From NCBI GenBank assembly GCA_965209055.1, contig OZ242374.1, forward strand, positions 2,720,001-2,784,000: DNA of 64,000 nt. The letters run 5' to 3'. A model generated the notes under the pieces. That model did not search any database. It was not told the origin of the DNA and saw only the letters and a list, made by a program, of their open reading frames with translations. Both the position numbers and the translations under genes were made by a program. Positions within the stretch are counted from its first letter, which is position 1; each line of letters starts with the position of its first letter. This stretch comes from Acidobacteriota bacterium. GTDB lineage: Bacteria > Acidobacteriota > UBA6911 > RPQK01 > JAJDTT01. Positions 56,411 through 64,000 of the stretch are shown here, in pieces.

Positions 56411-59400
56411 TCAGAGGTCGCTATCCATGTTTCCCGATGGAGTGTACTCAACTGTCACGCTGCCACGCCGGAGTCGCAGACGGTGACCGACGCCCTCTTC
56501 GAACGGGTTGGGAAGCCAGTCGAGCTGGGGTTGCTCCTGGAACACCCTCCTTATGCGAAGAATACGCCACCGCCAATCTTTCTTGTTCGCGATACGGTTT
56601 GCCGTGTCGATTTGGCCCGACGAAAGATCGAAGCTGGTGCTGTCCTCCGTCGTCGACTTCACCTCGACACACCACGTCTTTCCGTCGTATGCGAATCTGA
56701 AGTCATAGCCGAGGCTGTCGCTTGTCTTGTCCCTCTCGCCTTCCTGCAGGGGCAGGACCTTAGTCCTGAATTCCGAAACCCAGGCACGTTCGTCGATATC
56801 GAACCGGGAGCGCAAGAAGCGGTAGGCGTGCATTTCGCCGACGACCCCCACTAGACCCGGGAGGTGGGGGGAGCCATGTCGTGTTGCGGTCTTGCGATTC
56901 GTAAGGTTCGCGTCGTCCCGGGTTCCGGTGTTCACGACGGGATGGATCGACCGCTCGGCGGATGGAGTGTTCAATGGAGTGAACTCGTCGAGATGGGCTC
57001 GCGGGCCGATTGGTTTTGGAAGATCTTCCAGCCGCGCAAACAAGGTACTCAACGTCTCGGCGCCGCCGACCTCGTAAGGCGTTCCTCCGACGTTGAATGT
57101 CCTGTCCTCTCTTGCCTTCTTGCGAGTCTGGCGTCGACGATTTTGGTGCGTGCGTTCCAAGGATTGGCTAGAAATGTCGAGTGTCGCGCGCATTTCTTCT
57201 ATCGTCTTACAACCGGAGCAGGCGCGGAGGAACTGCGGGTTGGTGAACTGACGCTTCGCCCAGTTGAACAGATCAGCTTCCGACCAGTCCTGTAGGTAAA
57301 TTGAGGCATCCAGACGGAGATCAGGTACTTCCGCGCCTTGCGCCGAATCGGCTCCCGGTTTCGCAAGCCAAGCTTCGTAGAGTTCGCGCACCGATTGGAC
57401 AACGACATCGAGACTCTGCTGGTTGCGACGCGCTATCTCAAGAGGGTCGGGCTGTAGAGTTACGCCTTGTCGCTTGAGCGACGAGTTGAGTTCGTCGATG
57501 GTTCTCACGCCGTCGAGGATATCGAGAAACGGCTTGACTTCTGGGATGGCTTCATATCGAGTTCGTAGCGTACTCAGCACAGCGTCGAACGGTACTTTCC
57601 ACCAGCGGAGAGCCCATTCAGCGTCCATCTCGACGCCCTCGTGCGCCGCCCGGATTTCGGAAAAGATTTTCGCCTTATCGTTCATCGTAGGGAGGTTGGG
57701 GACCGTGTTGGCGACGTGCCGAGCGAAGGCACGAAGTGGACGCGCCGCCTCTTCCAGGTGTCGCCTCACTTGGCCCTCGGAGTGCTTGTTTCCGACTGGG
57801 AGATATTCACCACCGAGCTCCCGGAGGGCGTCGTTCCAATTCGGGAGCGTAGCGGCATCACCGAGGGCATGCCACGCCCTGAGCCCCATCTCGAAGTCAT
57901 CTCGGCACTCTCGAGAGGCCGCTATCAGTTCCTCGGTGGACCATTGCGGGATTTTGGATGACAGCCAACTGGTCAACTGTGCGACATCGGTAGCGGCCGC
58001 ATCCAGACCGGCATCGGAGACATCGAGAAGCTTCACGACTGGCCGAATGCGGTCGACAAGCGTGGAGGTCTCGCCGTACCAACGGTGTCGGATGTCCGCC
58101 AGCGCTTCGGCATCGATCTCCGCTCGATCCAAGGCCTTCTCGATCTGGCACTGCTTCGGTTCGGGTGTTCCGGCGAGGGACCCCAACACTAAACGAAGAT
58201 CCTTGAGCAGATCTTGACGATCGAGAATCGCTTGGCACGCAGCGGCCATGTACTCGTACAAGCTCTGTCGAGCGACATCCCTATGCAAGAGCAGGATGCC
58301 GTCTTTCGACAGCCAATGGGCTCTTGGCGCGCTCCGTGCGACAGTCTGGCCGGCATCCAATAGTTCAATCTCGATGGAGAGGCACTGACGGACGCGGGCC
58401 CTGCGAAGTCGTAAGACGGCTCGTTGCCACCTATCGGTTGCAGGACCCCGTGGGTTCACACCCCCGTGCGCGGCCAGAGTGAGGAGGATGACAGGTAGCC
58501 ATTCGAGGTCCGCTTCGTCAAACGTTTTCATTGCGTCTGCTGCCAGAGCCCCGGAGTAACCGTCGATTAAGCAGCGTTCTTTCAACTCGTTTGCCCGCCT
58601 CGCTCCGAGTTCGTGGACGCGGACCCCGACTAGGCCCCTCGCTTCTTCCGGCCGCATCGCGACGATCGGCTGACCGTGTTCGCGAAGTGACCGTGTCCGC
58701 GCGGGATGATCCGGTAGGTAGGCATCCCCGAGTTCGCTGGCTGTGCGGACAGTCAACGTTCGCGGTTTCGTCCGCACAAGGATTCGCTTGGGGAGGCCTT
58801 GATCCGGGTCCAAATGCCTCCACGCATGACGAATCTGGCCTAGGAATACTTCGAATCCGCCGGCCGGCATCGCATTCCGGGCCTTGGCGTCGGCCAAGGC
58901 TTCGAGGAGAGCCGGCCCGGTCAAAGCGTTCTCCATCGGGTAAACTTCGAGTCCGAGCATCTCCAGAGCCTGAAGTAGCTTCTGGTCTTCGCCCAGGCGA
59001 TGTGCCACTTGTAGTGATAGGGGCGATAGGTGGCGAAAGCGGCCTCTCTGACCTCGCAGGAGAGCCTCGGATACGAACCATCGCTGTCGCAGAGGTTGTC
59101 GGCCGCAGTCGTGGCCGTCATCGAGCCATGGCAGGGTCGAAAGCCAGTGTTTGAGCGGTGATGTGACCCGCTGTGACCAGGACCGGCCCCCATCTTTTGT
59201 GATCCTGACTTTTTCCCAGCCTCCCTTCCATCGGGCAAGTGAGGTAAGGATCAGTTCCGACAAGGCTTTTCGGGCGGAATCTCCGAGGTCCTCACGATGA
59301 AGCACTGCGAGCACTTTGACGTCCTGCAGTTTGTATTGGAACCATCCCTCAAACCCGGGTCTGATCTGGGCTCGAACTTCATCTCGCCAGCTCTCCCAAG

Positions 59401-61975
59401 CTGGTTGGGGTGTGGTTCCGGGGGCGTCCTCGGGAAGATCTGGCCTGTAAGCGCTCATCCCGAACCCGATAGGATCCACGCTGTCGAGCCGGAGCCCATC
59501 CACGACGCCGGCATGTGCGAACAGATCACCGCGATTAGTCTGGTTGACGCCCCAGCGCGAGTCGTGAGGAGGCAGGAGCACATTCCGCAGGAGTTTGTCG
59601 CGGGCCTTGTCGGGAAGGCCGTCGGTCAGTTCCTTCAGATGTTCGCCGCAGCGACCAACCCAGCCCGGTCCGAACGTAGCCTCGCCCATTGCGAACCAAC
59701 CGCCGTAGCAGGCGACCGGCAGTCGCGAGATTAGCGGAAACAGGCTTTCCTGTCCGTCCTCGCCAATCATCTCCAACGTCCAAGCCAGCATGTCAGCGCA
59801 CGACGACGCCTCAAGGCTGCCATGCATGACCGGCAGTTCGGGCAGCGACGGGATGACAACCTCTCGCAGCAGATCCTCTTTGCGGAAGCTCTGCACGAAC
59901 CGCCCGTCGAGGAACTTCTGGATCTCAGTGTTCCGTTGGCGCGGTCCCTCGTGTGTCTTCACGTCGTGGTTGAGGAACGCGATCCGCTGTTTGAGTGAGC
60001 TTGGAATCGAACCGACGAAGTCCGCCGCGTCGTCGGTGCCGCGGCGCGGCCGAAAGAAGATTTGCACGTCGTCGGTCGCCGAAAGGAGCCGGTCGTCTTC
60101 GGTGGGTAGGAATCTGGCTGCGCTAAGAGGATCGCCAGCGAATACCTGCGGCGCGGATCGCAGCACCGGCGGAAGAACGGAGAGAACGCTGCTTAGGAAC
60201 TCATTCCATGTGGCATCGACTTGGCGTCCACGGACTTGCTCGGCCAATTGTTCCAACGTGTTCGTCCACTCCTGATTCCGCGGGCTTGGAGATCCGCCGA
60301 GGGATCGAAGCAGAACCTCAATTGCGTCGTGCCGGTCGTCGAGCGCGGAAGATACCACGTTGAATTCTGCCTGCCTGCGCCACGCTACGCGACCGATGGG
60401 ATCATCGTCGGGGATGGTCGGCATTGTTCGTGCGATTCCGGGTAGGCCCCAGCCATCGTCGCACAGGATCAGCGCAAATTCGTGTAGAGGGAGGCCCCGG
60501 TCGTGCGCCCGTTGACAAAGGCGATTCGTCAGCGACTTAGGGTCGTCGCCCATAGGCGACGCGACAAGATCGATCACCGCTCGTCCCATCCAAGGCTCTG
60601 GAGGCCCTTCCACGAGTTCGATGGTCGCATCGAGTATAAGATCCGCGACAAACTCCAGTAGAAGCTCGTTGTACCGGTCGTCGAAGTAGATCTGCCGACG
60701 GTTCAGTGACCCGTAGAACGGGGCGTTGATGTGCGCGCCGACGGTGGTCTCCTTGTCGGTCGGGAGGAAGATGACGTAGACGCCTGAGCATGACTTCGGC
60801 GTCTCCTCGACCGCGACGGCGAGTTCGACCTGCCGTACTTCCGGCCATCGGTTCGGCAGGTGGCGAACGGCGGTGGCGATCCGTTCCGCGTGGATGGAAT
60901 CGTCTTCACCGCCGACGATCCGACTCCAGACGTGGAAGGAGCGCTCCGTTGGATCGCTTCCGGCCGGTTCCGTCCTGCTGACCTGTAGTCGCTCTTTCCG
61001 CGTGGCCGGATTCGAGCACGAGAGCTCGGAATGGACCTTTCGAGTTAGCTCAACGCGGTCTTCGTCAACGTCGATGCGGAGCATAGACAGGTGATGCAGG
61101 AAGACCATCGCTGCTTCGTCCAACGACCGAAGTTGTTCCCGGACGGAGTCGACGGCCTCACCGGGGCTTCCTGTCTTTCCGCCGTCCAGAGGCAGGCGAA
61201 TGACTGTCACATGCCCGTCTTGGAGCAGACGGGCGACCTCAGCCGGAGGCTCTTCGAGAGACTGCGGGACCACATAGGGTGAAAGGTACTTGTTCACCTC
61301 TTCCATAGGATCGATGTCATTCTGGGCCAACTGGCTTTGGTACTCATTGATCTGTTCCTGAGACCAGTTCACGGCGGATTCCGTACCGAACGCTGGGGCG
61401 GTCGGTCGGTCACCGTCTAGAAGCAACCGGGCTACTCGGGCGATCGGTTCGCAAACGCGGGGGTCGAAGCCGAACGCGAAGGCAATGTTGCTTCCCGTCG
61501 GCGCCGTCGACCACACCTGCGGGCAGGTGGATAGTTCGAGAACACTCTGAAAGCCGAGTCCCTTGTTTCCGACGCTCTCATTGGGATCCTTTGGGCTTTG
61601 CGCGAGTTGGCAGATGCCGATGAAGTCGGATGTTAGAAAGGGTCGGCCGCTGTTGGCGACGAGTAGTTCAGGTTCACGAGCCGATCTCAGCACGAAGGAG
61701 ATTCGTCGCGGATCATGGTTGCTGGCGAAAGGAAGGACATCGTGGGCGTTCTGCAGCAGCTCAAGGATCGCCCTGCCCCTGTATTCCTGTGCGACTTGGT
61801 CCCGCAGACTCGCAACAGTCCGGTAATTCCGAGTTCCGTTCCTTAGCTCATCAAGGAAAGTCCGCACCTGCCGTAGGGCTTGAGCATCGATGATTTCTTT
61901 GCCCGCCAGTCTGCACCGGCGGTCGAACTCCTCCTGGTCTTCAGGAGTCATCGAGTGGGTCTCGCGTACAGTCAT
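56411..61975 (-). CDS. sacsin/NOV-like GHKL ATPase with C-terminal DUF3883 nuclease domain
   Basis: 'ELLQNAHD', 'ANSGRPF', 'GNKGLGFQSV', 'HINAPF'; C-terminal 'GEMHAY', 'LGYDF', 'VEVKST'. Confidence 0.85.
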   Translation of the reverse strand: MTVRETHSMTPEDQEEFDRRCRLAGKEIIDAQALRQVRTFLDELRNGTRNYRTVASLRDQVAQEYRGRAILELLQNAHDVLPFASNHDPRRISFVLRSAREPELLVANSGRPFLTSDFIGICQLAQSPKDPNESVGNKGLGFQSVLELSTCPQVWSTAPTGSNIAFAFGFDPRVCEPIARVARLLLDGDRPTAPAFGTESAVNWSQEQINEYQSQLAQNDIDPMEEVNKYLSPYVVPQSLEEPPAEVARLLQDGHVTVIRLPLDGGKTGSPGEAVDSVREQLRSLDEAAMVFLHHLSMLRIDVDEDRVELTRKVHSELSCSNPATRKERLQVSRTEPAGSDPTERSFHVWSRIVGGEDDSIHAERIATAVRHLPNRWPEVRQVELAVAVEETPKSCSGVYVIFLPTDKETTVGAHINAPFYGSLNRRQIYFDDRYNELLLEFVADLILDATIELVEGPPEPWMGRAVIDLVASPMGDDPKSLTNRLCQRAHDRGLPLHEFALILCDDGWGLPGIARTMPTIPDDDPIGRVAWRRQAEFNVVSSALDDRHDAIEVLLRSLGGSPSPRNQEWTNTLEQLAEQVRGRQVDATWNEFLSSVLSVLPPVLRSAPQVFAGDPLSAARFLPTEDDRLLSATDDVQIFFRPRRGTDDAADFVGSIPSSLKQRIAFLNHDVKTHEGPRQRNTEIQKFLDGRFVQSFRKEDLLREVVIPSLPELPVMHGSLEASSCADMLAWTLEMIGEDGQESLFPLISRLPVACYGGWFAMGEATFGPGWVGRCGEHLKELTDGLPDKARDKLLRNVLLPPHDSRWGVNQTNRGDLFAHAGVVDGLRLDSVDPIGFGMSAYRPDLPEDAPGTTPQPAWESWRDEVRAQIRPGFEGWFQYKLQDVKVLAVLHREDLGDSARKALSELILTSLARWKGGWEKVRITKDGGRSWSQRVTSPLKHWLSTLPWLDDGHDCGRQPLRQRWFVSEALLRGQRGRFRHLSPLSLQVAHRLGEDQKLLQALEMLGLEVYPMENALTGPALLEALADAKARNAMPAGGFEVFLGQIRHAWRHLDPDQGLPKRILVRTKPRTLTVRTASELGDAYLPDHPARTRSLREHGQPIVAMRPEEARGLVGVRVHELGARRANELKERCLIDGYSGALAADAMKTFDEADLEWLPVILLTLAAHGGVNPRGPATDRWQRAVLRLRRARVRQCLSIEIELLDAGQTVARSAPRAHWLSKDGILLLHRDVARQSLYEYMAAACQAILDRQDLLKDLRLVLGSLAGTPEPKQCQIEKALDRAEIDAEALADIRHRWYGETSTLVDRIRPVVKLLDVSDAGLDAAATDVAQLTSWLSSKIPQWSTEELIAASRECRDDFEMGLRAWHALGDAATLPNWNDALRELGGEYLPVGNKHSEGQVRRHLEEAARPLRAFARHVANTVPNLPTMNDKAKIFSEIRAAHEGVEMDAEWALRWWKVPFDAVLSTLRTRYEAIPEVKPFLDILDGVRTIDELNSSLKRQGVTLQPDPLEIARRNQQSLDVVVQSVRELYEAWLAKPGADSAQGAEVPDLRLDASIYLQDWSEADLFNWAKRQFTNPQFLRACSGCKTIEEMRATLDISSQSLERTHQNRRRQTRKKAREDRTFNVGGTPYEVGGAETLSTLFARLEDLPKPIGPRAHLDEFTPLNTPSAERSIHPVVNTGTRDDANLTNRKTATRHGSPHLPGLVGVVGEMHAYRFLRSRFDIDERAWVSEFRTKVLPLQEGERDKTSDSLGYDFRFAYDGKTWCVEVKSTTEDSTSFDLSSGQIDTANRIANKKDWRWRILRIRRVFQEQPQLDWLPNPFEEGVGHRLRLRRGSVTVEYTPSGNMDSDL

Positions 61976-62225
61976 CGCGCTCTGTCGTTACTCCGCGCGA
62001 CCGTGACGAATTTCGCCGCTTCGCGTAATCACCCGGCATGAGTCCGGTCCAAGTTGCCGTCCTGGGCCTTCGCGACTCCATCATTGTTTCTGTGTGCAAA
62101 AGCCAAGGTTTCACCCTGGCCCGCATCGTGAAGTTGTAGGTCACCATGGAACCCCCGGCCCAGGCAACGTCCGGTACCATGAGTTCTAATGAAAGGACGG
62201 TCGGACACCCAAGAAAACAGAGCGC

Positions 62226-64000
62226 CTATGCCCAGCGTTGTTTGACATACCCGACAAGATCGGGACCCTCGAGGATCCGAGTCGAGTTGTTCACTCGGAC
62301 GTAGAAGGCCCTGTTACGCTTGAAGACGTTGGCATAGATCGGCTCAGGTGATGGAGCGACGTGCACTAGGGCGACCTGAACGCCTTCGATAGCCTGTAGT
62401 TGAATCTTCGCCATCGTCGAGGCGAGTGGTCCGAGCGAACGCTGGACCGCGTTCGTGAGTGAATTTACGTAACGGTCTCCGTCCATGTTCTTCTTGTCCA
62501 AATCTGGTTGGATCCCGAGAATCCCGCCGTCATCAGCGATACCAATAGCGAGAGTGCCACCACTGGAGTTTAGGAATGCCGCGACGGTCTTAGTCACGGA
62601 CTCCGTGATAACCCTCTCAGGCACGTCCGGCTTGTAGCTGTAGTACGCGGACGACTTAAACTCGACCCGCTCGGTTTCCATCTCGGCTAAGAGATCTTCG
62701 ACCGTCCGTTCGGGCAGACCTACCGAAGGCGGCAGCGCCTCCTCCTCAGGAGGCTGGCCCGTGCGGAGCTTGCCGAACGCCGCTCGAACGACATCGGCAA
62801 TGAGAACACGCCGCTGTTGAAGGAAGTCCCCGTAGTCCATGTGTTCCCAGCCCTCGGGCAGGGCATGCCAGAATCGAGCTTGCTTCTGCTGCGGCCGTGT
62901 GAGTTGCTCGAAGAGTGGCTGGAAATACTCGCTGGGTGGTGAGTCACCGATATTCACGTTATCAGGCCATTCGACGAAGGTGTAATTGGCGATCTGATTC
63001 CGCTGTACAGTGCGGTTGATACCGATCGAAGTCAGGTACGCTTTGGGGAATAGATGGTGGCGTTCAACCGCGGATCGTGGCGCGTGTGTGGACGGATCCA
63101 GCAACTCGCCCAAGTGCAGCGGCGAAAACAGGGGCCGGGCATTGAGCAGAACAAGGCTTGCGTGGTAAGCAAAAACCGTCGGACCATAGGCCGACGATGT
63201 CTCGAGTGAGCTGGGGAGCTGAATGGTCCAATAGTCTTGTGTAAGCACTGTATCGATGATTCCGCTCAGCGTTGCCACAAACTCTTTACCGGTTTTCGCC
63301 TCCGCGACACGGCGGAGATCCTGTTCGACTCGGCTCTCGAAGTTGCCTGTATATCGGCCGGTAAGGGAGGTCATGAAGAACCATTGAGCGATCGCTTCGC
63401 GAAGTGTTCTGCGATCGAGGCCAAAGTCCCGATGTCCAATCAGGTACATTAGGTAGGAGAACATGAGGTTGTTCTCCGAGCTGATCATCGCTCGGCTTCG
63501 GTACCCGGCCCGGCGGACGGCCTTGAGAAATTCGTGCCAATTGGTCAGGCAAAGGGTCTCTGTCTGAGCCTCCTGTAGTGCGGCGAACTGCTTCTCTCGG
63601 ATTTCAGCCGAGACCTCACCAGTCTCCAGGTCTTTACCCCGGAGCACCTGATAGACGTATCGAAGTCGACCGCGACGCAGGGCAAGCCCCGCGACGACGC
63701 GCAGCATCTGGTCCGCTGACGGGTTGATGAATGGGTTAGCCGGAGAAGGGCCAGAGGGTGGAACCCTGGCGTCGCGAGCGAAGGTCTCCAGATGCTTACG
63801 GCCCTCCTCCCACCACACCGACATCAGGGTGAGTATGAAGTCAGCTTGGCCGAGTCGAACGCCCTCGCTATTGATGCGCACAAATACGTCTGCGACCTGT
63901 TCCTCGTCTACGTTTGATCCCAACTCCAAGACTTTGAATGGGTAGTTGCGGAGGTCATAAAGCCGGTCAATCGCCTCTTCAAGGTCGTCGCGTTGACGCT
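62226..64000 (-). CDS. GmrSD-like (DUF262-DUF1524) protein fused to a Schlafen/AlbA_2 domain (5'-truncated by window)
   Basis: 'VFVRINSEGVRL..ADF', HNH 'ERHHLFPK....NQIAN', AlbA_2 'ETERVEFKSS', 'VAAFLNSSGGTL.IGI.DDG'. Confidence 0.85.
   Translation of the reverse strand, partial: RQRDDLEEAIDRLYDLRNYPFKVLELGSNVDEEQVADVFVRINSEGVRLGQADFILTLMSVWWEEGRKHLETFARDARVPPSGPSPANPFINPSADQMLRVVAGLALRRGRLRYVYQVLRGKDLETGEVSAEIREKQFAALQEAQTETLCLTNWHEFLKAVRRAGYRSRAMISSENNLMFSYLMYLIGHRDFGLDRRTLREAIAQWFFMTSLTGRYTGNFESRVEQDLRRVAEAKTGKEFVATLSGIIDTVLTQDYWTIQLPSSLETSSAYGPTVFAYHASLVLLNARPLFSPLHLGELLDPSTHAPRSAVERHHLFPKAYLTSIGINRTVQRNQIANYTFVEWPDNVNIGDSPPSEYFQPLFEQLTRPQQKQARFWHALPEGWEHMDYGDFLQQRRVLIADVVRAAFGKLRTGQPPEEEALPPSVGLPERTVEDLLAEMETERVEFKSSAYYSYKPDVPERVITESVTKTVAAFLNSSGGTLAIGIADDGGILGIQPDLDKKNMDGDRYVNSLTNAVQRSLGPLASTMAKIQLQAIEGVQVALVHVAPSPEPIYANVFKRNRAFYVRVNNSTRILEGPDLVGYVKQRWA

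Overview
High-GC bacterial chromosome segment. The gene repertoire (Oar-like TonB receptor, DUF1549/DUF1553 cytochrome plus DUF1501, many Tat/Sec-exported sialidase-like and beta-propeller hydrolases) resembles Acidobacteriota/PVC-type heterotrophs; this taxonomy is inference only. Most of the window is ordinary catabolic/housekeeping DNA. The standout is a 7,465-bp IS1595-family element (12331-19795; 22-bp perfect terminal inverted repeats, 8-bp target duplication AATCGGAA) that splits an M24 peptidase gene. Besides an intact transposase it carries: (i) two divergent tRNA genes with leucine-type bodies but the serine anticodon AGA; (ii) a third, irregular Arg-like tRNA; (iii) about a dozen 45-115-nt imperfect hairpins, mostly better paired on the minus strand, two of which recur as diverged copies, with tRNA D-loop-like motifs; (iv) several unrelated cargo ORFs. 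The right third is an accessory/defence region: three diverged copies of an esterase 3' end, toxin-antitoxin modules (two with broken toxins), IS remnants, a sacsin/NOV ATPase-nuclease and a GmrSD-Schlafen(AlbA_2) fusion cut by the window edge. All calls were made by eye; no searches or folding programs were run.
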